This document shows, piece after piece, positions 16,823 through 25,372 of a DNA stretch of 64,000 bases. The position numbers and the translations under genes are program-made. The stretch lies in assembly GCF_056746865.1 (NCBI RefSeq), contig NZ_CM163382.1; one strand, given 5' to 3'. The notes beneath the pieces were generated by a model that ran no database searches, was not told the DNA's origin, and saw only the letters and a program-made list of their open reading frames with translations. Numbering within the stretch: the first letter of the stretch is position 1; each line of letters starts with the position of its first letter.

Positions 16823-19066
16823 TCAGGCACTTTCGCGAATGGGTTCGATTTCATTCAGCGTATCAATTAACGGTTGCGGCTTACCAATAAGATAACCCTG
16901 CATATAATCGATCCCCAAAGAGAGCACCGCCTCGCGGATCTCTTCGTTTTCAACGTACTCTGCCACTACCCGCATTTTCTTCATTCGCGCCAGGTGGCAA
17001 ATCGACGCCACTATCTGATAATCCAGACTATTTGACACAATATTGCGGATAAAACTGCCGTCAATTTTAAGCAAATCGGCATTCACATTTTTAAGCCGCG
17101 CATAGCTGGCGTAGCCGGTGCCGAAATCATCAATCGCAATCTGGCAGCCTAATTCCTGAAGATGCTGCAAGGTGATTTGCGCCTGCTTAACATTGGTCAG
17201 AGCATTACTTTCGGTGACTTCAAAAATAAGTTGCCACGCTTCAATTTGATATTTAGCCAGCAGCTGACTGACTTCAACGGGAAAACGAGCCTGACATACC
17301 GAGGTTGGCGACAGATTAATCGCAAAACGGTGAGCGGGCATCTTCGCTCTGTTTTCAGCCATAAATTGCAGCGTATGCTCAATGACCCACATGTCGATAC
17401 TCGACGATAAACCAAATTCGTGCGCGACCGGCAAGAAGCTGTCGGGGCTGATCAGTTCATCATTCTCACCTTTCATGCGCAGAAGAATTTCATGGTAGAC
17501 ATCGCCACGCATACCGGTAATCAGCTGGGCCATCAGGAAAAAATGGTTGTGTTCCAGCGCCTGCTGTAGCCGATTCATCATCGCGACTTTATCTTTCAAT
17601 TCGCGTTGCAAATACATTGCCCCGCGACGCTGCATATTTTCCGGGGCGTTGGTCACGATGGAAAGCTCGGCGACCGTATTTAGCTCTCCCAGCAGCAGGT
17701 AGATATGATTCACTGGCGAGCGCACATAGCAGTAACTGACGCCAATCTGCGGTTGCATCGGCATTCCATCCCAAAAGAAACGAAATTGCTTGAGATGGCT
17801 ATCCAGTTCGGTAATGCGCTCCTGGTGCGATTCTGTATTCAGTCGCAGCGCGAGATCGTTACCCGAAAGCTGATAAACATCCTCACCCGGTTCCAGCAAG
17901 GGTGACAGCCAGTGAGAAAGTTTTTGCTTGTATTGAATCCGCAGCATGATGCCATAGTTCTTAACCAGCATTTCCATGCCAGGGATGCGTAAATAACAAA
18001 GCGCAGACCAGGGGGCATCACGCAACGCGCGATTCAGGGCGCGAACATTTGGCAGATGAACCACCGGGTCCACATACGCAAGCCGCTGAATGCGTCTGAC
18101 TACCGCTCTCTGACGGGTTGCCAGTACAGCCATATAATTGACAATAAAAGAGAATACCAGATAACTGGAGGAGGTTATGGTCAGCTGCGTGGTATAGCCA
18201 GGATAAATGGGAATGTAATTTTGATAGCTGTGGATGCTGATCATCAACACGACCGCCCAGAGCAGCGAAATCAGCTTATAACCATAGCGCATCGCTCCCC
18301 ACATCATCAGGGGCAGCAATAATGACAAGGTATAGTTGGTGCTAAAAATTGTGCTTTTTTCATTTAACGGCATGCATAACAGCAGCAGTAAAGCACCTAA
18401 TGCCAGTAGCCAGAGTGCGAACTCTTTTTTGGTGACTTTGACATCAACCTGCTGTTTTAATTGCGAATAATAACTACGTAAATAAAACGGATTTCGCACT
18501 ACACGAATGATGAAGTAGCACAGCGGGACACCAATCAGATTGCCCACCAGTAAGGCCTGATAATTGATTAAGGTCCCGAGGTTAAAAGGCATGACGCCGA
18601 CCAGATTTTCTCTGCTCGCCAGTAATCCTACAAACGCAGCAAACTGGAAAAGTATCAGAAACAGCGTTGCAGGAAACACAATCTGCCAGAATATACGCTG
18701 GGAAATTAAACGTGTATCACCATGTGAAACGTTGTTACGCCGGGGAGTAAAGACCCTGTAACCGCCCCAACAGAGAATGATAATGATAATAAAATTAGCC
18801 GTTAATGAGAGCGTTTCGTAAAAACCCAGCTCTGCATATTTGCGGACAAAAATCCCTAAGGCGATCCCTGGCAATGCCGCCCAGCTGAAAAACATCATCA
18901 TGCTGATCATCAGAGCCAGAGGCAGATAAAAGAGAAAAACCTCACCGGAAGAAATATGCGCGAAAGTATTAATGTGGGCGAAAATGGGCAAGATTAAAGA
19001 AGGCAGGAACAGCGGAAGCCCCCACCATTTATCACGTATTTTTATATAAGTTGCATTCAGTTTCAT
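16823..19066 (-). CDS. pdeF: cyclic-di-GMP phosphodiesterase with N-terminal membrane sensor domain (YfgF/PdeF)
   Basis: 747 aa; multi-TM N-terminus, degenerate GGDEF region and C-terminal EAL domain. Confidence 0.8.
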   Translation of the reverse strand: MKLNATYIKIRDKWWGLPLFLPSLILPIFAHINTFAHISSGEVFLFYLPLALMISMMMFFSWAALPGIALGIFVRKYAELGFYETLSLTANFIIIIILCWGGYRVFTPRRNNVSHGDTRLISQRIFWQIVFPATLFLILFQFAAFVGLLASRENLVGVMPFNLGTLINYQALLVGNLIGVPLCYFIIRVVRNPFYLRSYYSQLKQQVDVKVTKKEFALWLLALGALLLLLCMPLNEKSTIFSTNYTLSLLLPLMMWGAMRYGYKLISLLWAVVLMISIHSYQNYIPIYPGYTTQLTITSSSYLVFSFIVNYMAVLATRQRAVVRRIQRLAYVDPVVHLPNVRALNRALRDAPWSALCYLRIPGMEMLVKNYGIMLRIQYKQKLSHWLSPLLEPGEDVYQLSGNDLALRLNTESHQERITELDSHLKQFRFFWDGMPMQPQIGVSYCYVRSPVNHIYLLLGELNTVAELSIVTNAPENMQRRGAMYLQRELKDKVAMMNRLQQALEHNHFFLMAQLITGMRGDVYHEILLRMKGENDELISPDSFLPVAHEFGLSSSIDMWVIEHTLQFMAENRAKMPAHRFAINLSPTSVCQARFPVEVSQLLAKYQIEAWQLIFEVTESNALTNVKQAQITLQHLQELGCQIAIDDFGTGYASYARLKNVNADLLKIDGSFIRNIVSNSLDYQIVASICHLARMKKMRVVAEYVENEEIREAVLSLGIDYMQGYLIGKPQPLIDTLNEIEPIRESA

Positions 19067-19417
19067 AGATGCTCAGCAGAATCCCCCACATCCTGAAGGA
19101 GGTGTATTCAGACAGGCATCCCACCTGACTTCGAATGATGATTATTCATCACTATAGAGAGCATTGATTCTAAGTGTCATATGAAAGTTCCAATTGATAT
19201 ATATCAAACAAAATAACCCTGATTAATGAATTATTACGTTTATCATGTTAATTCATCATTATTACATCATCATTGTAAATAATTAAATTAACTTCCATAA
19301 CATTAAAATATGTATCCACTGACGCTTTTTTACATAACGAAGAATTGACCATTTTGTCCTGTTGTGCCTTAATGTAAGTACCGTCCACAGCGTGGGACAT
19401 ACTTCAAGGAACCTTTT

Positions 19418-19609
19418 GTGAGTCAGGCAACCAGTATGCGAAAACGACACCGATTTAACAGTCGCATGACCCGTATCGTACTGCTCATCAGCTTTATCTT
19501 CTTCTTTGGCCGTTTTATCTACTCGTCCGTCGGTGCATGGCAGCACCATCAGAGCAAAAAAGAAGCTCAGCAATCCACACTCTCCGTCGAATCACCGGTA
19601 CAACGTTAG
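19418..19609 (+). CDS. yfgG: small membrane protein YfgG
   Basis: 63 aa with one hydrophobic helix, in an AT-rich intergenic region between pdeF and yfgH. Confidence 0.55.
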   Translation: MSQATSMRKRHRFNSRMTRIVLLISFIFFFGRFIYSSVGAWQHHQSKKEAQQSTLSVESPVQR

Positions 19610-19919
19610 CGGTTACCTTCTCCACTTTCACAGAACATAACGGCACCTCGCTGTCGGATGCTTTTGCTCTTTGGGATTATCAAAGCGGCAGATATTCTTT
19701 CATCTTAAATTTTACGTCTTTGTCCTGACTGATGTTTTTCCTGTTTGGCTGCGAAATAAATATAAAATTAATACATATATTTTAATGATGTATTTTTATA
19801 AATTATTTCCCACATGAATTTTAATAAATTTAATCTATTCCTTTATACGCAATACATTTACTTTCCTCTTTTGATGATCTTAAATGTCTTATTTTTCGTA
19901 ATGTGTATAACAAGGAATA

Positions 19920-20438
19920 GTGATGAAATTTAAAAAATGTCTTCTGCCTGTGGCAACGTTAGCGTCATTCACTCTGGCAGGATGCCAGTCAAATGCTGAT
20001 GATCATGCCGCCGATGTTTATCAAACCGATCAACTGAATACCAAACAAGAAACTAAAACCGTTAATATTATTTCCATTCTTCCCGCAAAAGTTGCCGTAG
20101 ACAACTCCCAAAATAAACGAAACGCACAAGCCTTCGGCGCGCTTATTGGTGCAGTCGCTGGCGGTGTTATTGGCCACAACGTCGGGTCTGGCAGCAATTC
20201 CGGAACGACGGCAGGTGCAGTTGGCGGCGGAGCTGTTGGCGCGGCAGCGGGTTCTATGGTGAATGATAAAACCTTAGTGGAAGGTGTTTCTTTAACGTAT
20301 AAGGAAGGCACCAAAGTGTATACCTCCACCCAGGTGGGTAAAGAGTGCCAGTTTACGACAGGTTTAGCCGTTGTTATTACCACGACGTATAACGAAACGC
20401 GTATTCAGCCAAATACGAAATGTCCTGAAAAGAGCTAA
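19920..20438 (+). CDS. yfgH: outer-membrane lipoprotein with glycine-zipper region
   Basis: 172 aa; lipobox LAGC; Gly-rich GxxxG repeats. Confidence 0.75.
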   Translation: MMKFKKCLLPVATLASFTLAGCQSNADDHAADVYQTDQLNTKQETKTVNIISILPAKVAVDNSQNKRNAQAFGALIGAVAGGVIGHNVGSGSNSGTTAGAVGGGAVGAAAGSMVNDKTLVEGVSLTYKEGTKVYTSTQVGKECQFTTGLAVVITTTYNETRIQPNTKCPEKS

Positions 20439-20453
20439 TGATCAGGAGGAGTC

Positions 20454-20993
20454 ATGAAGAAAGTTTTTCTTTGCGCCATCTTAGCCTCCTTAAGCTATCC
20501 GGCTATCGCCTCATCATTGCAGGATCAACTCTCTGCTGTCGCAGAAGCGGAACAGCAAGGTAAAAATGAAGAGCAAAGGCAGCATGACGAATGGATCGCG
20601 GAGCGCAACAGGGAAATCCAGCAAGAGAAGCAACGTCGCGCAAACGCCCAGGCCGCCGCTAACAAAAGAGCGGCAACGGCAGCGGCAAATAAGAAAGCTC
20701 GTCAGGATAAACTGGATGCCGAAGCCACTGCGGACAAAAAACGCGATCAAAGTTATGAAGATGAGCTACGCAGCTTAGAGATTCAGAAACAAAAACTGGC
20801 GCTGGCGAAAGAAGAAGCCCGCGTTAAGCGCGAAAACGAATTTATCGATCAGGAACTGAAGCACAAAGCTGCGCAAACCGATGTGGTGCAATCTGAAGCT
20901 GACGCAAACAGGAATATGACTGAGGGCGGTCGCGATCTGATGAAAAGCGTGGGCAAAGCAGAAGAGAACAAATCGGACAGCTGGTTTAACTAA
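20454..20993 (+). CDS. yfgI: secreted coiled-coil protein YfgI
   Basis: 179 aa; signal peptide, charged coiled-coil body. Confidence 0.7.
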   Translation: MKKVFLCAILASLSYPAIASSLQDQLSAVAEAEQQGKNEEQRQHDEWIAERNREIQQEKQRRANAQAAANKRAATAAANKKARQDKLDAEATADKKRDQSYEDELRSLEIQKQKLALAKEEARVKRENEFIDQELKHKAAQTDVVQSEADANRNMTEGGRDLMKSVGKAEENKSDSWFN

Positions 20994-21040
20994 GCGATGT
21001 CAGTAACTTCAAGCCTATGATTCGTGAGTATAATAAATAT

Positions 21041-21065
21041 CCTCCGGCATAGCCGGAGGTTTTTC
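21041..21065 (+). terminator. rho-independent terminator downstream of yfgI
   Basis: CCTCCGGC-ata-GCCGGAGG hairpin followed by TTTTT. Confidence 0.7.
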
Positions 21066-21164
21066 AAATGCGCTAGACTGGCCCCCTGAATCTCCAGACA
21101 ACCAATATCACTTAAATAAGTGATAGTCTTAATACTAGTTTTTAGACTAGTCATTGGAGAGCAG

Positions 21165-21530
21165 ATGATTGATGTCTTAGGACCGGAGAAACGCAGACGG
21201 CGTACTACACAGGAAAAGATCGCTATTGTTCAGCAGAGTTTTGAACCGGGAATGACGGTCTCCCTTGTTGCCCGGCAACACGGTGTGGCAGCCAGCCAGT
21301 TATTTCTCTGGCGCAAGCAATACCAGGAGGGAAGTCTTACTGCTGTGGCCGCAGGAGAGCAGGTCGTTCCTGCCTCTGAACTTGCTGCTGCCATGAAGCA
21401 GATTAAAGAACTCCAGCGCCTGCTCGGCAAAAAAACGATGGAAAATGAACTCCTTAAAGAAGCCGTTGAATACGGGCGTGCAAAAAAGTGGATAGCGCAC
21501 GCGCCCTTATTGCCCGGGGATGGGGAGTAA
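21165..21530 (+). CDS. insC: IS2 transposase OrfA (InsC)
   Basis: 121 aa beginning [30 protein letters not shown]; HTH protein. Confidence 0.9.
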
Positions 21531-22393
21531 GCTTAGTCAGCCGTTGTCTCCGGGTGTCGCGTGCGCAGTTGCACGTCATTCTCAGACGAACCGATGACTG
21601 GAAAGATGGTCGCCGCAGCCGTCACTCAGATGATACGGATGTGCTTCTCCGTATACACCATGTTATCGGAGAGCTGCCCACGTATGGTTATCGTCGGGTA
21701 TGGGCGCTGCTTCGCAGACAGGCCGAACTTGATGGTATGCCTGCGATCAATGCCAAACGTGTTTACCGGATCATGCGCCAGAATGCGCTGTTGCTTGAGC
21801 GAAAAACCGCTGTACCGCCATCGAAACGGGCACATACTGGCAAAGTGGCCGTGAAAGAAAGCAATCAACGATGGTGCTCTGACGGGTTCGAGTTCCGCTG
21901 TGATAACGGAGAAAAACTGCGAGTCACGTTCGCGCTGGACTGCTGTGACCGTGAGGCACTGCACTGGGCAGTCACTACGGGCGGCTTCGACAGTGAAACA
22001 GTACAGGACGTAATGCTGGGAGCGGTGGAACGCCGCTTCGGCAACGAGCTTCCGGCGTCTCCAGTAGAGTGGCTGACGGATAATGGTTCATGCTACCGGG
22101 CTAATGAAACACGGCAGTTTGCCCGGATGTTGGGGCTTGAACCGAAGAACACGGCGGTGCGGAGTCCGGAGAGTAACGGCATAGCAGAGAGCTTCGTGAA
22201 AACGATAAAGCGTGACTACATCAGTATCATGCCTAAACCAGACGGGTTAACGGCAGCAAAGAACCTTGCAGAGGCGTTCGAGCATTATAACGAATGGCAT
22301 CCGCATAGTGCACTGGGTTATCGCTCGCCACGGGAATATCTACGGCAGCGGGCCAGTAATGGGTTAAGTGATAACAGGTGTCTGGAAATATAG
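21488..22393 (+). CDS. insD: IS2 transposase OrfB (InsD), DDE catalytic domain
   Basis: 301-aa ORF overlapping insC in another frame, as expected for IS3-family frameshifting. Confidence 0.9.
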
Positions 22394-22404
22394 GGGCAAA
22401 TCCA

Positions 22405-23112
22405 TGCGCCTATAAGGCTCTCTTACCAGCCGCGCCCTAACAGGCGCACACGATCTGACATTTGCATCCAACTTCGTTACTTACGGCCCGTAAACGGGCT
22501 GCCCGGATAGGGAATCGATAACTGCTCTCCCATTTTATCCTCTTCAAGCTGGTGCTTTATGTAATCCTGTATCTTCGCCGTGTTCTTACCCACTGTATCG
22601 ACGTAGTACCCTCTGCACCAGAACTCCCTGTTCCTGTATTTGAATTTCAAATCACCAAACTGCTCGTAAAGCATCAGACTGCTTTTCCCTTTCAGATATC
22701 CCATAAACCCGGATACGCTCATTTTAGGCGGGATCTCCACAAGCATATGGATATGATCTGCACAGCATTCAGCTTCCAGAATCCGTACGCTTTTCCACTC
22801 ACACAGCTTTCTCAAAATACTGCCTATTGCTCTACGCTTCTCTCTGTAGAACACCTGTCTTCGGTATTTTGGCGCAAAAACTATGTGATATTTACAGTTC
22901 CATCGGGTGTGCGCTAAGCTCTTTTCGTTCCCCATTGGGACCCCCTTTTGATTTCTTGTTTGACACTTGCAGTTGCCAGACCGCAAGGTGTTTTAACAAA
23001 TCAAAAGGGGTTTTAATAACTGGCTCAAAGCTGAAAGCTTTCCGGAACCCCCAGCCTAGCTGGGGGTTTTCTGTGCACAAAAAACCCTCTGTAGTAACAG
23101 AGGGTTTTGTTC
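22405..23112 (-). mobile_element. IS200-like element (IS200/IS605 family); boundaries approximate
   Basis: About 708 bp containing tnpA with an RBS-sequestering stem (22942-23013) and terminal hairpins near 23040-23108; it is unclear whether the outermost hairpin belongs to the IS or to the host. Confidence 0.55.
22477..22935 (-). CDS. tnpA: IS200/IS605-family transposase TnpA (HUH-type)
   Basis: 152 aa from MGNEKSLAHTRWNCKYHIVFAPKYRR with the HxH motif (DHIHMLVEIPP) and catalytic Tyr region; the ORF track begins at a longer upstream start. Confidence 0.85.
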   Translation of the reverse strand: MGNEKSLAHTRWNCKYHIVFAPKYRRQVFYREKRRAIGSILRKLCEWKSVRILEAECCADHIHMLVEIPPKMSVSGFMGYLKGKSSLMLYEQFGDLKFKYRNREFWCRGYYVDTVGKNTAKIQDYIKHQLEEDKMGEQLSIPYPGSPFTGRK

Positions 23113-23130
23113 ATTCATAGTGCAGGGTCA

Positions 23131-23147
23131 AATCATTCCCACTCAAT
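23131..23147. repeat. attL candidate: 17-bp direct repeat AATCATTCCCACTCAAT
   Basis: Identical to 62451-62467, which overlaps the guaA stop codon. Confidence 0.6.
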
Positions 23148-23234
23148 TGTTTACGACAATCATAACCAATTGAGTGATAACATTTTTCCAAAACTTAATT
23201 TTTCTAGTACCGTTTTATATACCGTCACCGGAAA

Positions 23235-23732
23235 TCAGTGCCACGATTTTTGCTTCTTCAGTGAATCGTATTGCTGTTCGCAGGATTCTCCTGCAATCCG
23301 ATACTTTTCAGCCTCAGCTGCTGTTGCGTTGTAAACTCGATTGCTTTCTTCAAGCATGTCGGCGAGCACACCGATGACCTTGCTGGCTGGCGTGCCAGTG
23401 GGGAAAGATCCGGTATAGTGTTCGGCGAGTCGCTTGGTTTTGTCAAGCTCGGCGCGCAGGCTGTCAGCAGCGGCATTAGCATGCTCAGCATCAACACGCG
23501 CCACATCGATACGGGATTGTGCTTCACGTTCAATTTGTGTTTTCTCCTGATCACGTTGTGACCTGGCCTTATCATCAGCCTGTTTCTGATCTTCCTGTGC
23601 CTGCGCATACCCGGCATCGTACTGGCGACTGCCGTGTATATTCCAGGCAACCACTCCGACGGTAAACAGAGCAGCAAGAATCACCACGATAAGCAGTTGT
23701 TTCCAATATGCTTTTACGAATGCCCAGATCAT
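23235..23732 (-). CDS. Rz-like inner-membrane spanin (i-spanin)
   Basis: 165 aa; N-terminal TM helix followed by a charged coiled coil; immediately downstream of the endolysin. Confidence 0.65.
   Translation of the reverse strand: MIWAFVKAYWKQLLIVVILAALFTVGVVAWNIHGSRQYDAGYAQAQEDQKQADDKARSQRDQEKTQIEREAQSRIDVARVDAEHANAAADSLRAELDKTKRLAEHYTGSFPTGTPASKVIGVLADMLEESNRVYNATAAEAEKYRIAGESCEQQYDSLKKQKSWH
23258..23506 (-). CDS. Rz1-like outer-membrane lipoprotein spanin (o-spanin), embedded in the +1 frame of Rz
   Basis: ORF wholly inside the Rz gene; lipobox LLTAC and a proline-rich mature region. Confidence 0.55.
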   Translation of the reverse strand: MWRVLMLSMLMPLLTACAPSLTKPSDSPNTIPDLSPLARQPARSSVCSPTCLKKAIEFTTQQQLRLKSIGLQENPANSNTIH

Positions 23733-24358
23733 ATAGCCAGCACCTTACTGGCAGTGACGTACCGCGCGCGCCGGTCGTCGATGCCGTTCCGGCCACCATT
23801 GATAATCAGAGTTACACGTGCAATATCACCGGTATACTTCATGCATCCTTTGCTGGCAAAGAACCACGCCGCGCTACGAGCCGCGTATTCGTCCTGCGCC
23901 AGCAGTTCAGGATTCTCCAGCAAGTCCACTTTCAAGCCGTTTCCGCAGTCACGATAGTTATTCAAACCGGTAATCTGGATAAGTCCGCGACCTCGGTAAT
24001 TCCAGCCATCGCCGGGGGCATTGTTCCCCATGCGTTTGCTGTACACCAGATTGGCAATCGCTCTCTGGCGCTCAGGTGGCAATGGTGGTTCACCAGCACG
24101 GCGCCCCAATGCGTTGGCCTGTCCCTGAGTGAGACGCCCAGCCCGAACGAAGTTAGCCAGTCCGCTGACGCTGTAGTTGAAATTTTCCTGCAACCGGGTG
24201 AAACCTCCAGACTCATGCCCGACCTGAGCAATAAACATTGCCTGATCTTCTGGTTTGCTGATACCAAACTCTTTCATCGCAGAAGTTATATGCGAGAACC
24301 AGCGTGCGGCAAGCGCCTCGCTAATACCAGCAGCTCGCTGGAATTGTTTAATCTCCAT
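23729..24358 (-). CDS. endolysin, glycoside hydrolase family 19 (chitinase-like lysozyme)
   Basis: 209 aa from [11 protein letters not shown]; GH19-type motifs ([21 protein letters not shown]). Confidence 0.8.
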   Translation of the reverse strand: MEIKQFQRAAGISEALAARWFSHITSAMKEFGISKPEDQAMFIAQVGHESGGFTRLQENFNYSVSGLANFVRAGRLTQGQANALGRRAGEPPLPPERQRAIANLVYSKRMGNNAPGDGWNYRGRGLIQITGLNNYRDCGNGLKVDLLENPELLAQDEYAARSAAWFFASKGCMKYTGDIARVTLIINGGRNGIDDRRARYVTASKVLAI

Positions 24359-24656
24359 GTTTAGACCTCGATACTTTGAAAATTTGAACGACGTTACCGC
24401 GCGTTTTAATAACCGCAGCGAGCATGACAGCGTTGATAATGACCTCAGATAAATCCACAGCCATTGGCGTGCGGAACCAGATTGCATAGGCAACACGAAC
24501 CGGAATACTGGCCGCAGCAACAATCAGGAAATAAGCAAGCCACCCCCCCCATCTTCGATGTTGAGATCCGTTACGCCGGAATGTGACAACACGAATTGCT
24601 ATGCCAGTACAAATAACTGCATTGGTGATAAGTAAAAACAGGTCATGCGTTACCAT
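24348..24656 (-). CDS. small membrane protein, putative holin or antiholin
   Basis: 102 aa with 2-3 predicted TM helices; overlaps the endolysin start. Confidence 0.5.
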   Translation of the reverse strand: MVTHDLFLLITNAVICTGIAIRVVTFRRNGSQHRRWGGWLAYFLIVAAASIPVRVAYAIWFRTPMAVDLSEVIINAVMLAAVIKTRGNVVQIFKVSRSKHGD

Positions 24657-25059
24657 CGTCTTTTCTCCCCGGAATTAACTCGCGTGGATTATCGGAACGG
24701 TGATAGAGCCAGATACCAATTCGCACTGCGACAATTGCTGATACGAATGCGCCAGCAGAGAAAACAATCCCTTTCTCGAACGAGTCCTGCGTGATGGTAG
24801 GGATCAGGCTGGCTATGCCGATAAGAATTGATGCTGCTGGTTTGTAAAAAAGAAGGCCGCAGAGAAAGCTAAGCATCGACAAAAGCACACGACGACGAAT
24901 GGGATACTCTACCGCAGAGGTAACAAAAATTACCGCTCCAGCCAAAGACCCCAAAGCAACCTCGGGAGGAACTCCTGCTATCACCGCCGCCAGAGAAGTC
25001 ATGCTAAGCCACTGATTCAAAGAATCACTGGTTGTCTGAATTGACATGATAAACACCAT
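24643..25059 (-). CDS. membrane protein, putative holin
   Basis: 138 aa with several hydrophobic helices; first gene of the lysis cassette. Confidence 0.5.
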   Translation of the reverse strand: MVFIMSIQTTSDSLNQWLSMTSLAAVIAGVPPEVALGSLAGAVIFVTSAVEYPIRRRVLLSMLSFLCGLLFYKPAASILIGIASLIPTITQDSFEKGIVFSAGAFVSAIVAVRIGIWLYHRSDNPRELIPGRKDDGNA

Positions 25060-25372
25060 TTATTTCACATAAACAACTCCATTAAATAAATGTTTATCAT
25101 ACACAATAAACCATTTATGGATAATTATTACTCGTGATTTTTATGATTATTCGCGCATTTTTCTATCATTTTTATCCAGTGTGCCGTAAAACCACGTCCT
25201 TAAGGGCGTGGATGATGTCAACTGATGATGTCAACTATTGGCTGGCTTTGACTGATATTGCAGGAGTTGTTGGATAAGATTTAAGTGACCGTCAAAGCGG
25301 TCACTTATGAGAAAAGGAAGTTAGACAAAGTGGCAAACAGGCTCATTGATGGCTACGTCAATGACCAAGGTT

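Larger units (their letters stand above)
21074..22404 (+). mobile_element. IS2 insertion sequence (IS3 family), complete copy of 1331 bp
   Basis: Terminal inverted repeats TAGACTGGCCCC... at the left and ...GGGGCAAATCCA at the right; insC and insD ORFs; flanked by a TGCGC 5-bp direct duplication (21069-21073 and 22405-22409). Confidence 0.9.

Noticed and set aside
21561-21964. Extra ORFs inside IS2 (for example 21561-21854 and 21626-21964)
   Set aside because: Alternative frames within the insD coding region of a canonical IS2.
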